Of a stretch of 64,000 nucleotides of DNA, positions 1 through 15,225 are shown in pieces; position 1 is the stretch's first letter, and each line of letters opens with the position of its first letter. The notes beneath the pieces are model-generated. The model was not told where the DNA came from. It did no database searches and was given only the letters and a program-made list of their open reading frames with translations. Made by a program: the position numbers and the translations under genes. Where the stretch lies: the NCBI GenBank assembly GCA_964016885.1, contig OZ024740.1:132804001-132868000 (forward strand). Reading direction: 5' to 3'. Origin of the DNA: Eledone cirrhosa (taxonomy: Eukaryota).

Positions 1-1550
1 ATAGGTAAGTATAAGTAGCAGTCCCAGCTCACTGCTATCAATCCCATGGAATTCAACATGCTCTCACTAATCATTTCTACGCATTTCTCCAGAGCAAATA
101 GCATCCAGCAAATAGCTAATTCCATCCACCAGAGTATTATAGTTACTATAGACTACCCAAGCAAACACTCCAACCATCGATTACCTGTACTAGACTGGAG
201 GATTTGTTTTTTGTTATACTCTGGTTAGTATAACAAAAAACAAATCCTCCATTCCCATTATGCCAAACCCATGACTTCGAAATATCTGATCCACCGAAAC
301 TCAGCTGTTTCGGACCATACCAAAATCAACATACTGATTGCGATTTGTTACGGGTGATGAGAAACGTGTCCTGCATGTGCAACCCCAAAGAACTAGAGAG
401 ACACATACACCACTTCATCCACCGTATGCAGTTCTCTGGTTACAATCAGAGAGATAAAACCAAAGTATATAGAGGAGCCAGAACCAAATGTGAAAAAATG
501 GTAAATAATGACACAAATGGGACCTGCCCCTTGTATAGGAGCAAATTTTGGAATAGAATAGAAAGAACTAGGAATAAGCTTAATAGAATGAACTCATGGT
601 ATAATAGCAAAAAATACCATAGTGTAATGTTCATCGATAAAACCCCTAGAGGTGAATTAGCTTACAAATTTAGAAGGGCCATAGATAAACATAAACTCAA
701 TATTAAGATAGTAGAAAGACCAGGTACCTCCATAAAAACACTTATTAGCAATACATACCCTTTTCAAAGACCTCCTTGTATAGATAAGAAATGTATAACC
801 TGTAAATTAAGCCCCCATATTAACTGTAAAACTATAAATGTAGTGTATAGCATAAGATGTACTGAAGGACAATGTAGAGATAAGAATATAGTGTACATAG
901 GTGAGACAGCTCGTAGTATAGGGGAACGGATAAATGAACACTGGCGAGACATTCAAGATAGTAAAAATCATCTGTACTCTACCAACATGCTAAAATAGAA
1001 CATAAGGGTAAATTAGAGAACACAGAAATAAAAATAGAATCTACACACAGAAAAGACGCAATGTTTAGACAAATCACAGAGGCAATAAACATAAATGAAC
1101 TCCAACCAAAATTAAATAGAAAACACGAATGGAACAGTAACATCACAAATTACAATTAAGAACAAAATGAAAACACACACGCACATAGAACAAACAACCA
1201 ACCAGTAACATGTAAATAAACAAATAAATAAACAAATATAAACACACACAGACACCCGCATGTAACACATGCGCAAACTAAGCACACAACACACACAAAC
1301 ACAAGATGGCGTAGGACGGAACAAAAGAGAGACACAAAAACAAAGAAAAGAATCCCCAGTCACTGAAGAGGTCACAGGATGTGTGACGAAAGAACTTTGA
1401 CAATATATAAACAATCATCTGGTTGTGGAATCAACCAACCGGAAATATATAAATCCCTAAATTTATAAATTTATTATAATAAATTGAAGTGAACGCAACT
1501 GGTACCTGTGTTTCTTATTGGCAACATGACCCTCCCAAAGTATAACAATA
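1..1550 (+). mobile_element. Penelope-like element, family P1 (RT thumb + GIY-YIG + 3' pseudo-LTR); disrupted and running off the window start
   Basis: ORF fragments give LPVLD, HYAKPM..SA (thumb), a Cys-rich linker and NVVYSIRC..YIGETARSIGERINEH (GIY-YIG). An HHR lies at 1359-1401 and the element ends at catgaccctcccaaagtataacaata followed by (TA)n. Confidence 0.9.
1359..1401 (+). ncRNA. Minimal type I hammerhead ribozyme motif in the P1 pseudo-LTR
   Basis: GUCA-CUGAAGA-G-GUCACA(ggaug)UGUGAC-GAAA-GAAC-UU^UGAC. Stem I is GUCA/UGAC, stem II has 6 bp and stem III is very short. Confidence 0.75.
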
Positions 1551-2439
1551 TATATATATTATTATTATTATTACTTTTACGCTATTACTCAAATACATAT
1601 TCCAACCTACGGGCTGCAGCTATGCTGGGGCACTGCAATTGGTGCTATACTTTCTATAGCCATCCTTCCCGGGTTGGCAACTGGTGCAAAATCGAATTTG
1701 TTGCTGCCGATCTTATTTGCGCTTCGTCTTGTGCTGTGAGTTGATCGGGAATCTTTGTCAGTAAAATATCGAGATGTCTCTCGAAAACACCTGCCTGCAC
1801 ACGATGTGGATCTCAAAGATTGTTTTAAAGTTTATTAAAATCCTGGGGTTCATCAACTCCAGGCTATATCAGTGTGTGGTCCTTATTATTGATTGATATA
1901 TGAGGTATTTGGCATTAACCAGTGGTGTCGTCTTCGTGGGCTTGTACTACTTTCAATGGCGAAGTTTGTTGCTAACCTTTCCAGGATCATACATCTGTAT
2001 ATCACTGCATATCACTCCCATCTTCGCTCCGGCGAGTAAAGTTTTAGGTTTCTCGGCCACTCCCGTAGCTAATCGGTTTCACTGAGGCAATTCTCTTCCC
2101 ATAGCCTTGTTGGATTGTTTCAAGTTCTGCAGTTGGTGTGACACAGTTGAGAATAATAGTCCAGTGGACTGAGAACGAAAACCCTCGAGAGGAGCAATAT
2201 GGTTTCCGGGTATCTTGTCCTGAAAGTCTTCAGAATCCAATCCACCAGTCGACTGCACAGTGTCGCCATTTAGATGTGTTCTGAACGAAACGATGAATCA
2301 ATACTCATATCAATACCAAACTCCCGTATTGATTTTTTCTCTGTGATTTTGATTCCTCCTGGTCCAGTGTACCTGTGTTGAGTTGGTCATATTTTTGTGG
2401 GATGATAATGGAGAGTTTGTAGCTTACGTGCAATAAATT

Positions 2440-3662
2440 GTATAATGGTCAAGAGGACGGTGTTTTCCATTGGCGGCATGATTGTGGGTGACATAGCTAA
2501 CCTATTTATGGTATGGTGGGACAGAATACATAAAGAACCCTTACATGAGAATTGTTTAACCCTGACTATATACTACCGCTACGTAAATGGCAGCAACATT
2601 GTGATGAAAATACCTCACAGTAGAAGGGTCGGGAACTAGAGGGGAACACCATGGAGAGCATCCAGTAAATTGCTAACTCCATCCACCAATGTATTAAAGA
2701 TACCATATAATTTCCAACTAAACAACACACACAGAGACTACCTGTACCAGACACACAACTTCCGTTAGAAACCATTTAAAATATAACACAAATCCTTCAT
2801 CCGCATTATGCCAAACTCATGACCTCCAAGCTATAAAACCCTACACTGATTACGAAAAGCATAACCTGTAATTAAGCCCACAAATTAACTGCACAACTAG
2901 GAAGGTAGTATATAGCATAATATATACCGAGGGACATAGTATGAATAAGAACACAATTTAAATAGTTGAGGTAGTCCGTAGGTTAAGAATGAAGGATAAA
3001 TGAACACTGGCAAGAACTCCAATATAGGAAGAACACATCAGTCCTCAACCAACATGCCAAAATGGAATATGGGAGCGCACTAGAGAACATAGAAATACAA
3101 ATGATAGACACACACAGAAAAGACGTAATGCTGTGAAACGAAATACATAAATGAACTCCACCCCAAATTTAACAAAACATGAGTGAAATAGCAACAACCT
3201 CACAACTAGTAATTAAGGACAAGATAAAGACAAACAGAGACATACAATAACCAATCTAATTAAGGGCAAGATAAAAACACACAGAGACACTCAAGCACAC
3301 AATTATAAAATAAACCGGACACACACAGAACAAGCAGCCAACTAATGACAAGTAAAAAAACGTATCAATAAATTAATCAATCTCACACACACACACACAC
3401 GGATATGCAGGCGCAAACCAAGTACACAGCACTCAACACGCAAAAAGAAGATAGTTTAGGACAGAAAAAAGTAGAAATGGAAAATACCAAATGAGTCAAT
3501 GAAGAGGTCACAGAATGTCTGACGAAAGTTATTTGAGAATAAATAAACAAGCATCCAGTTATTAAATCAACTAAATGGAAATTTGTAATAAATTGAAGTG
3601 AAAACCAACACGTACGTTTGTTCTTTTATTGGTAGCATGACCATCACAAATTATAACAATAT
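2440..3662 (+). mobile_element. Degraded, internally deleted second copy of PLE family P1
   Basis: IGGMIVGDIANLFMVWWD and YRYVNG (decayed RT motifs), nucleotide similarity to 100-1550, a decayed HHR at 3495-3537 and the same terminal motif before (TA)n. Confidence 0.8.
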
Positions 3663-3686
3663 ATGTATTATATATATGTATATATA

Positions 3687-3758
<72 letters not shown>

Positions 3759-3944
3759 TAAAAAGAATTCCAACTTTGTCTGATTTACTCGTTTTATTTG
3801 CAATCCTTTAAAATTTATAATGGTATCAGAATGAAATAGTATGGTAGAATATTAAATGTTAAATGTTAATTGAACAAGTATTTTCATGCTTTCGCAATAT
3901 TCAGGTTCAATTGTGTGGTGACAGTCAAGTTTGCAATTTTCAAT

Positions 3945-4009
<65 letters not shown>

Positions 4010-4029
4010 CATCAATGTCTTAGCTACGT

Positions 4030-4890
4030 CAACTGTAAATATGTTTTTTTAACGGAAGAGGCTGTCATCGTCACGTGCTCCTTGATCCGAATATGTAGCC
4101 TCTTTATGGAACTTCTGATGTATTATGAGCTACACGTTTAGCACATGACCCTATAGACGACACATGCTCTCATGTACACTTCTGAGCTGTTAATGGAACA
4201 ATTAGGAATTGTACATATATCCATATAATAGTAATAACGAAATTAGAGGTGCATGTATAGTACATAGCATAATGTACAAATGTCATGGAAGTGTATGAGC
4301 CATGATATTTACATGTATGCGTGTGTATGGAGGGGGAATATTAGGTGTATATATACGGGTTGGTGTCTGTGGAGCAGTCTCCTCAATGAGGTTCCCGTGT
4401 GTGCCATTGGAATATTCAGTAACTCCCTACGGATGGCCTACCTGATGACAGTTGTAGAATTCTCATTGAAATGTGGCAGCTTTAAATGGAAAATGATATC
4501 CAAAGAGTACATTGCCTGCTTGATATTCTACATGTTGCTGCCTTGATATTTTGGCTTTAGGTGAGCGAAGTAAAGAAACTGTTTTCAATGAGAACTCTTT
4601 GGAATTCGACCGTGGTGTTATGTCTGTATATACTCTCACCACATCTGTTGCGTGTCCGGGAGATCACGTTCCGTATATAGACAATTTTGGTTCTGCAGGG
4701 AATTTCTTTGTTGAAACTGGAGTAAATGGAACTCTCCTTTGCGACTACTAGTGTGAAATCAAGTAGAGAAAGGAATCCACTAATGTCTGGATGGTCAACC
4801 ACAAATTTTACGCTTGCGCCTTTCGTTGCTAAGATGTTGTAGATCTTCGAAGTTTCTTCGTGTGATATTGAGATCATGAGTATGTTAACC
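4030..4890 (-). mobile_element. Degraded PLE fragment (RT thumb + GIY-YIG) of another family
   Basis: Minus-strand translation gives KFVVDHPD..FLSLLDF, FHLKLPHF, then CTIPNC..VVYRVMC*TCSS*YIRSSIKRLHIRIKEH. Confidence 0.75.
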
Positions 4891-4913
4891 GTTTCTATTC
4901 GTACACGCCAAAT

Positions 4914-6160
4914 TCAGCCAAGTGCAGACTGCGCATCAACATGATATATTTTTCTCCACAAAGTTCGATCACCAGCAGCAGAGTTTAAAGAGCAAAGACC
5001 AAGTCGAGTCCATACGTTGACATTATCAAGCCATCGTTTTGGCTGCCGGCCTCTGCTTCTCTTACCAGCCAACCTTCCTTCTAGGCATAACCTATTCACA
5101 CCACGAGTCGATCTTTGAATATGATCGTATAGTTTGAGTACTCTTGACTTGACAATTGATGTAACTGGTCTAAGTTTGGTGATATTGAGCAGCTCACTGA
5201 TACAGACACTGTCGCTGAACTGCTTGCCAGTCATAAGACTCGTGATGTGATTCTGGAATGTAGAGAGCTTCTGAAGTGACCGTGTCGTCCAATTATCACA
5301 GCCAAGACCACATAACACAATTGGTAGGATGTAAGTATCGAAGATATTAGCCTTCAAATGATAAGAAACTCGTCTTGATGTTAGTACTTCCTTGTTCTTG
5401 TTGAAAGCTGCCCAACCTAGAGCGATGCGATACTGCGCAGCAACCATTCCATAGTTATTTGGTGATAGTTTGTGACTGAGATATACAAACTCCGCAACTT
5501 GAGCAATTTGCTTGCTGAAGATTGTGAGTTGGAGATTGGCATTGTTTTTATCAGTTGTCATACAATTTGCTTTGGAGATGTTGATGTGTAAGCCAGCCTC
5601 CAGCGAATGTTTGACCAGTATATTCAGAAAGTCTTGCAGATCAGTTCTAGAGTAACTGATGATGGCCAGCTCGTCTGCATAGCTAAGATTTGATAGCATT
5701 TTACCTCCTATCTGATAGCCAGAGGAGCATTCGTCTTCAGTTTGGTAGATATGTGCAGCTATAAATATAGAGAAAGGAAGTGCTGATATCAGATCCCACT
5801 GCTTAACTCCTTTCAAGATATCTATACAGAGTGTATACATAACTGGAGAAAATGAACTATAGTGGCAGGTTGCAAGTGCTTTGAGCTACATCTGGTCCAG
5901 GTACGTGATGGCCAGCAGGCCTGAAAACTCGATCCCATCGGTGATCCTGTGATTTCTTTGTATACGGAGCACTCAAACTGGACAAGGGTGATGCACATGA
6001 CGATAGGGGGACAAGTTTAAATTAAGTAACATATCCGAGATGTTGTTTCAGAATCCTCTCGTCGATCTTACCAATGTGTGGCAGTAATGAAATCCCTCTA
6101 AACTTTGGATATGCAGTCCAGTCTCCCTTCTTGTATACCATGCACGTAGTGTGTTATCCA
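4914..6160 (-). mobile_element. RTE-type non-LTR retrotransposon, RT remnant
   Basis: The 308-aa ORF contains NLSYADELAI, EFVYL, RIALGWAAF, GKRSRGRQPKRWLDNV and DRTLWR. Upstream (about 6050-6140) reads YKKGD..RGISLLPHIGK..ERIL. Confidence 0.85.
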
Positions 6161-6855
6161 AGTCCTGCATAAAAACACTATAGTTCCTGTGATGTTGAAA
6201 TATGTATCATCCACTAGAGATGTATATCTCGGCTGCTTTCTTTATCGATCATATATCTATAAGATTGTAAATGTTTATCTTAAGTTTTTACGTTTTTATC
6301 CTTTGAAAGTTTAAACTTTTTTAACATTACTTATAACATTTTAACCTTGAAATATCCACAATTACTTCTGCTGATGCAAAGTGGGCCTTCGATGACTGAG
6401 TTGGTCTCTAGGGCGGAGTATATTTAATTAACCACAACTAGGTTTATCATCAGAGAAACCAATAGAATCGGGGGATGCAGCATGATGGATTGTGATCTGC
6501 TGCAGAAGAACTCAAAATGTCAACGATCAGGGTCTACTACTTCAGTGAGCGAAATACTGCAACACATTTATGGTGGTAGAGTCATTGTGTGTGCATTTCA
6601 TTAGCTATTCTATGACAATTCTATGATTCATTCTCAAACCAGAATCTCTAACCGCATCTCCCGGCGCACAGTCAAACAGTGGGTGTGCTTTGCTGATGGT
6701 GCATTTCAGGATCCAGCATCTCAAACATCAGTTGCACAGCCAACCACTACAACGAGATGTTCATGTTTATGTTGCACTATTTAAATGTATATATATATAT
6801 TATTTACATATGTGAGTGTAAGTGGAGCTTCATTTGCAAGTCTCTCTTTCCTTTT

Positions 6856-6945
6856 CTGTGTATTATGTGTATATGCTAACAGACATGTGCATATGCTAAC
6901 AGACATGTGTATATGTGTATTATGTGTATATGCTAACAGGCATGT
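6856..6945. repeat. Short tandem duplication of tgtgtattatgtgtatatgctaacag(a/g)catgt
   Basis: Two full and one partial copy are visible. Confidence 0.7.
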
Positions 6946-7619
6946 TATTATTCTATTACGTAGTCTGATGTGTATTTTTCTATGATTTAGCAATATTTCT
7001 TTACAATTTTTCCATATAATTTTCTTTATTATTATTTATTCTGTAATATTTGTTTCTAATTATATGTGTTCTTTTTGCATGAAATATCTATCTTTGGTAC
7101 ATTTACTTTTACTTTTATTTTATTTAATATTTCATACGTAATTGGGTCCTAGCTCATTGTTGTTTTCTTTTATACCTTCCCACATCATGGCGTAATTTAG
7201 TATTTCTTGTGACTCGTAAGATATTCTTAAGTTGATATGCATCAATGAACTCAGTAGGAGACCAAATGTTAGAGTAACGAAATTGTTCAAGTGGAAAAAA
7301 GAAATGGAGTAGAATGCAGAGTTTAAATATACAAGGCAAACATTATTGCAAAATATATATACAAATAAAGCTAGAAAGTGAAAATAATATCAGCAAATGG
7401 CGCCATCTTTTACTTGCAGTTTGGACTGTTGTTTTCTAGACGACTTTGATTAACAATGATATTGATGTAAAAAAAGCAATAGGGAATACAGGGCAAGATA
7501 ACTAGCTTCAAATGGCAATATGACTATCGAACCGGGACGGGAATTCACGGTTAGACATGCGTGTCTGCTCTTCTATATGCAATAAAAAAATAACTGATTC
7601 ATTATAATCGTATATATAA

Positions 7620-7845
<226 letters not shown>

Positions 7846-9249
7846 AGTTAAAAAAAGCGCACATCAAATGATGAATCAAGGGGGCTGATGATATGCGATC
7901 ACATGATGTACTACAAATAGGCTTCGTCGAATCACTACCTATTTCTTTACAAAACATGCTCGATATTGTGATCATTTGGGTTTCAGAAAAGATGACATGA
8001 TCATAGATGGAACACCATCGATCTTGCTTATCAATTCTACCTGAAATGAACAACAACAACAGCAACGACGACAACTGCAATTACAACAATATAGAAGATC
8101 ACTCATACGTAACAGAAGGCCAGGCAGATAGATAGATATACCAGAGCACATTAACACAGCATGAATGGACACCAGCCTGTGACATTTATTTTCTTTCATT
8201 AATGCTTATCTGTGCACATGTAAATATCTGAATGTGAATAAGGATTCAGTTGTTTTATATAACCTAGTATATGATTCACCTACATATAACCTAGTATATG
8301 ATTCACATACATAAATAACCAACACTAAGCAAATTTGCCAAATGGCTGCATTTGGGGAATTTGAAATGTAAAGTATTGATTTGAACTGTGCTATACAATC
8401 AAGAACAAGGTGTAGATTGCTTTGGCCTTTATCCCAGTATTATCATCATAATCATCATCAACAAAAACAACATCATTTTCTAATATTTCTCTCATCCGGA
8501 CGCTGTACATAATTTCGCGTATCTTGGCAAAATATCGACGATGAATACTGATTGCTTTTGAGAGTGCAAGTTATTACCGCTCTATTTAGGTATTTGTTTA
8601 TTTATTACCCACTGAGATTGATCGCAAAAATACTCTAAATATGCCGACGATTTCACATATGTTATGAGCGTGTTATATAGTGTTAATATGATATGCAAAT
8701 TGGTGGCGAGGCGAGTATACGTTGACAATGGTGTACGCTGTAGGCTTTTGAGAATCAATACATTTGTAAGTCTGCTATGGTCAACTTGTTAGAAAAAGTG
8801 GGTGTGAGCAGGAGAACTGATCTCACATGATTAAACGACTCTTATTTATCTTCTTTATAGCTCTCAGAAATCGGCTGTGTTCACCGGTATCTGCACCAAG
8901 TTACTTCAATTCGCCTGATGAACTAAAACTTAGTAAATAATATCAGAAGTTTAAAAAATATTATTATTAATAGATAGGATAGCATCACCCCATATGTATA
9001 TATAGACTGATATTGCAGACGATGAACCAATTCAAAGGCCACACTATTTGAAAACATAAACGAAAGATATATGGTACATCCAAGGCATTCTATACGCGAA
9101 ACCGCATTTCTGATCAGCTAGCATCAGCCACTGTGAAATTATATGATCTATCTGTGGTTAGGTAGTAGTGGATAACAATGGAAGGGTGTGAGCCATGGAA
9201 ATGAACCAGATGAATCCTGGAGCTGAACTAAATGTGGGTACAAACTCTT

Positions 9250-10620
9250 TCGACAAATCCTTGCATTATATTCAAATGTTGATGATTGTACAGCAAAGAC
9301 TAGTTGGATTTTACAGATTGATCGAGCTGCTTTTCAAATTACGAAGAACCCTCCTCTGTTTAGGACCCGAGAACTTATGAATATAACCATAGAGTAATTT
9401 ATTCTGAGGAAAAGAGTTAGAGAGAAACACTAATGTTGAATCTATTGCAAATGTACTAAATTAATGTTTAGAATGATAATGATGAAACAAACAATATATT
9501 ATAATATCACACTTGTAGGCTGTAATGGTGTAATATAGGAATTCCACTACTAAATTAGATTATAGAAGGTACTGTAAAGACAAAGAAATTACTTAAATGG
9601 TGGGAGATTTTAATACAAAAGATGACACAACAAACTCCAGCAATATAACATGTCAGTACGGATTAGGTTGAATAAATGATGGATTTGACCAACTGACCTA
9701 TTTTTGTTAAGGACAAATACTAGTAAACGAAACCCTATGCCAGCATCCCCATAAACATTATAGATGTACAAATGGCTAAATGACATAACGAAACATCTTA
9801 TAGACTAACTAACGGTAAAACAATTGTTCAGAGACACTGTGAAACTGGCGAATAAATACTAAGTAGTAGCTATCTATTTAGACCATAGCCCTGTATTTGT
9901 TGTTACAAATCTAACGTAAGAAATTTAAATGGCTAGAAAGGCGAATAATTTAAATAAAACGTACAAATGGAAGAAAAGAGAATAGATATAGAAATATTAT
10001 GTAGTAATAGGAAAAACAAGTATGAGTATTTCCCTATTTCCACAATGAAGTGGAAATACAAAATCGATAAAATAAAGAACAAATAGAAATGAAGTATAAT
10101 GTAATTAAAACTTACATCCAAATCCCACTAAGCAAAATATACCGTGAAAGAAAAAAAAACGTAATATTTCACTGATGAACGTCTATCCCGCCAACATGGT
10201 AGAAAGAAACACAAGAATAAACTTTAAGATAGTTCATTACATTCTAAATAAAAGAATATACATCATAAATGTAAAAATTCACAAACAAATGGTTGCATGA
10301 TTAATATCAAAGAGGAGAAAAACTTAATAACCGAGAAAAATCGAAAGTAACGTATGATAAAAAGAATATGATCACATAGAGCAAATGCATCAGCAAACAA
10401 AATGGCAACATTAAAGAGAAAAATCGTAACACACATTTCGATCATGTGCAGATTGCATCTAGATGTAAAAAAGACATAGCAAAAATTGTATGAAGATAAT
10501 TTCGAAGCTGCTAATACTAAAAAAATAAGTAGAAAAGAGTAGAAAAGAGTAGAAAACGAATGAATCATGGAAAGGCAACCAGGACAGGGGAAATAGCATC
10601 ACAAGCATACAATGCATTAT
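9250..10620 (+). mobile_element. Highly decayed LINE (APE endonuclease to RT start), probably RTE-like
   Basis: Residual motifs in the expected order: VGDFN (about 9600), DHSPV (about 9881) and a KAPG-like stretch (about 10570). Confidence 0.5.
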
Positions 10621-10699
10621 ATAACCATAACCTAGATTTACTAAAATAATTATGTAATGCGCTATATAAGAGTGGACACATAACAACCTAGATGAAATC

Positions 10700-11305
10700 A
10701 ATTACCGTTCTTCCGCATCTAGATATGTAGATGGTACACTCATACTCACAACCTCCCGCGAGGAAGCCAACAAAATATACAGAACGATCTAGAAGATAGA
10801 GGAGAACATATGGTTCAGTATAAAACACCTTGATGACACTACATTCCTTTCTATTCTTGACTTCCACCTTATATTAGAAGAATATAGCACCCACACTTGC
10901 AGATATTAGTTTGTTCCTACAAATCAACATCTCACATCAGTGCTAAAACTGGATGTGTTTGGAATGAAGTAACATGTATTCGTAATAAACGGCTTGAAGA
11001 CGATAATAAGTAATGCGCCGTGACGAAGCTTCAGTCAGCAAAACGGATATAGATAGTATACCGTGTCCAATGCATCAAAAGCGGAAATGTTTACATCGAT
11101 AGCTCTATGAGATCCCTAAATATATCATACGTCACATCAACACGCAGGCTTATTTTTTGGGAATAAATATAGAGCATTCATTATCAAAGCCCTAGATGTA
11201 AATGTTACCTACAATCTCAAAGTAAAAGAATCTATAATAATAGCCTATCTGAAACCACAAATAACCAGATAACCAGAATTCAACACCTACTTGCTAACGT
11301 AGGCT
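10700..11305 (+). mobile_element. Very decayed PLE remnant
   Basis: RYVDGTL (about 10720), IVYRVQC (about 11052) and LKVKESIIIAYLKPQI (about 11215). Confidence 0.45.
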
Positions 11306-12063
11306 TACACAGTGAAGCACTTAATTCCATTTCACAAATGATACAACAGCAGCTTAGATCATTACCTACCTAAGATGACAAACCACGTGATCCTTTCAGC
11401 ACCTCCAGCGTTAAGAGAAAAATAAAAGCGACATCTAGATTTCAGAATATGCTAGCTGAAAGGAGACAGACAATATTGAGCTCTGAACAAATTTCTATTA
11501 ATCTTGTGACGTATAACGCAATGTATTCTTGTTTACCACATGATGGGTATGCAATTGTACTCTCTCCATCAAACATGTCGCAATAATGTATGTTAGATGT
11601 CTTAGATCAATGATTGTAAAATGTATTAGAACAAATTGTAGTATTGTAGCATGTAAGAGTTTAAGCAATGATATCAGAATTAAGAGTTTAACAAATAACA
11701 ATGATGTTTACAATATGAGCAGTATTGGCTGAAAAGTTGCAGCTGAGAGGACACTAGATTTTCCAATTATCATAAGATAGAAAACAACCTCGACAGCAGT
11801 AGTAACGGAAGGAAGGGTGGAATAAGCCTCTTCATCTCCTTATAATGTTTGAAAATGAAATAAAGGAAATATTGGGTATATTACATTAACTAAATTATCA
11901 CTGTCGTTATATGAATGGGACACATAAGTTATAAAGCAGATATATTTTTTAAAAAAGTATATTTTTGTGATTTCTTCTACATATATTAATATGTGCATAT
12001 AATCTCTTGCTTTTGTGGATCTATTTAAAAATGTTCATTTCTCACAAAATTATACTACACACA

Positions 12064-12173
<110 letters not shown>

Positions 12174-12189
12174 TACATACACACACACA

Positions 12190-12420
12190 AGGTTCTTTAT
12201 CTGAAAACGTGTGTTAAAACAGATATTGCTTTACTCTGCGAGGGTCATGCCGGCAATAAAATAATGCACTTGTTGGGTTTCCAGGTCCGTTAGTTTAACA
12301 ACCGAGTTGTTTTGAGATTTGTTTGTCATCAAAGTTCTTTTGTCATACATTCTGTTATCTTCTCAGTGACTACTTTTGTTGTTATTTTGTGTCTCTCCTC
12401 TTTTTGTTCTACACCATCAA
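12190..12420 (-). mobile_element. Solo pseudo-LTR fragment of PLE family P1 with part of the tail
   Basis: The reverse complement matches the P1 HHR region (gtcactgag..gacaaaagaactttga), the terminal catgaccctc..aatat motif and the tail cgttttcagataaagaa also seen within 43601-43657. Confidence 0.7.
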
Positions 12421-12930
12421 GATTGTGCAACACAGAACAACGAAGAGACATACATTTAGTTTACCTTTATGCTTGTAGCTTATTGTCTGAGTTTCTTTGT
12501 ATTTGATTTTGTTCTTGATATTAGGTGGATTTCGTTTAAAAGTAAAAGAAAAACTAAAATGGAAAAGAAAATAATGAAAACATTATATACATAATTAATA
12601 AGCGTATAATGTATGTTTTGTATATAGTAATACTATGCATGTAGAACTACACGGTCGATTTATTCAGATAAAATCCTCATGCATCTACCGATGTATAATC
12701 TAAGCAAAACCTACAAGGTTCAATAGAACTCTACTCAATATGAACTCTCAGAATGCAATTTGGAATTTATACAAAAGATCCAGAGAGATCTTATGAATAC
12801 ATGAACGTCAGTTTCAAATCAATTAAATGAACAATACATGAATTTTGAATGACATTAAAAATTAGACACTCACTCAAAATCTCCCATGTAAACAGGATAG
12901 TAAAAAGAAACCAAGTGTGTATATATATAT

Positions 12931-13150
12931 ATGCACACTTGGTTTCTTTTTATATCAGGAACTAATTATACAGAGCGATTTCCGGTCCAGCAAAAATTAA
13001 AAATTAGGATGGGTGCTCTGAAATATGAAATAGCTTGTATACATGAATGTATGTATAGGTCTTCCAAATGTTTTAAATTAAACATACGGTATATTGCCAA
13101 ATATACTATACATACATAAATATACACATCGCTATTTCAGAGCACCAATC

Positions 13151-13155
<5 letters not shown>
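12931..13155. repeat. Small head-to-head inverted repeat (arms about 13003-13058 and 13106-13155) between TA tracts
   Basis: attaggatgggtgctctgaaata pairs with tatttcagagcaccaatcctaat. The right arm abuts (TA)n and the left side extends about 70 nt further. Confidence 0.7.
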
Positions 13156-13198
<43 letters not shown>

Positions 13199-14119
13199 AT
13201 ACATTAACAGAGAAAGCTTTAATCAATATTCCGACCGGCTTCCGTCTCACTCAAGAAACATTAGGATATACCTTAGTATAATCCCAATTATACGTTTGGG
13301 GTGCTAACTATACGTATTTTGCGGATAGCCAGTTGTATTATTTTATATGAGACATAATTAAAATACATCTCTCCTTCCAAACGATCGTTTCATTATAAGT
13401 TTTCTACAAATTGGGAAAATAATGTCCTGGTTATGTAGAAGCCTACACATAGTCCGTAGGAATATATGTAGGTGGGCACTTATAAATCAATCGGATGCCC
13501 GACAAATATCGATATAAAAAAAACCTTACCGATATTAATGTCCAGCGATGGTACCCCTCCGTGCTAGAATGACCGCCAAATTTGAAATTCCAGCAATCTT
13601 ACAATGAGAAATCTCGCACTGCCATCAAGCGGAAAGGGGAGGTCATCGCAAAACATAAAATAATAAAATAATATGCACGCGGGTCAATTAATTCTTTCAA
13701 TAATTTTAACCATGCGTGAAGAACTCAATTGGATATAAAATAATAAATATATGCATGTATTATTTATACACGCATATAGGTATTTTCTTAGGCTAAAAAC
13801 AGAGATAAGATACCGGAAGAACAATCAATATTTCATACAAAGGAAAGTCATACCTAAAAAGTATCTGGAAATATTCATCCCTGGCTCCCTGGCCAAATCA
13901 AGTATATATATATATTAATACATTATATATATATATATATTACTTTCTTCATCACTAATTCTCGCTCTCTCAATAAATAATACTGACGTCAAGTAGGAAT
14001 ATCTCTATTTTCACATCACAGGAATTTTACACGGAAATATAATCTATATAGGGAAGTTATGGAGAGAATTATTTTAATAGAAAAATATTCTGCATGGTTT
14101 TCTTAATTCGTTATTGACG

Positions 14120-14227
<108 letters not shown>

Positions 14228-14657
14228 TGTACATACATACATGCATATATACATACAAACATGCATTCATACATACATGTATACATTCTTATGTAGATAT
14301 ATACATATCCATTGTACACCGATCGATGTAGGATTTAAATTTTGTATGCGCACTTGAAAATAATATCGATTAGATTGAAGGTCAGAGAATCAACAATCTA
14401 ACCTCCAGTCCCTGTAGAATGTAGAAACTAAGTTTCATAAATAATCGATGAAAACGAATTAAAAGGGAAATTCTTGGAGTCACGGAAGGAAAACTGTTGA
14501 ATGAATTCTTATTTTATTTTTTTGCTGGGTGTTATTATATTATGTTCGTATATCTCTTTTCTCTTACACTTTGAATTACACTGACTTAATTTTTATCTTT
14601 CTGTTTCTTGACCACATACGCATAAACACACGTATTAATATAAGTAAACAAATAAAC

Positions 14658-14729
<72 letters not shown>

Positions 14730-14755
14730 CTGTGTGTGTGTGTCTGTGTGTGTGT

Positions 14756-14759
<4 letters not shown>

Positions 14760-14789
<30 letters not shown>

Positions 14790-14931
14790 CTGGGTGTGCG
14801 CGCGCGCGCATGTGTGTGTGTGTGAATATATTGATAAATAAGTATATATATTTGTGCGTGTATTTAAACGCACACACAGAAACACACAAACACATATACA
14901 TATATATGGACATATATATGTATATATATAC

Positions 14932-14975
<44 letters not shown>

Positions 14976-15225
14976 GTATGTATATACATATATATGTCCA
15001 TATATATGTATATGAGTTTGTGTGTTTCTGTGACATATATATACATATATATGTGCATATATATGTATATGTGTTTGTGTGTTTCTGTGTGTGCGTTTAA
15101 ATACACTATACATACACGCACAAATATATATACTTATTTATCAATATATTCACACACACACACACACACATGCGCGCACGCACACACCCATACACACACA
15201 CACACATACACACACACACACATAT
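14760..15225. repeat. Microsatellite-rich palindrome centred on (TA)n near 14955
   Basis: gaatatattgataaataagtatatatatttgtgcgtgtatttaaacgcacacacagaaacacacaaac recurs in reverse complement at about 15070-15150. Confidence 0.85.

Noticed and set aside
2150-2220. REEQYGFR LINE RT motif
   Set aside because: An isolated short match without flanking motifs, too little to define a feature.
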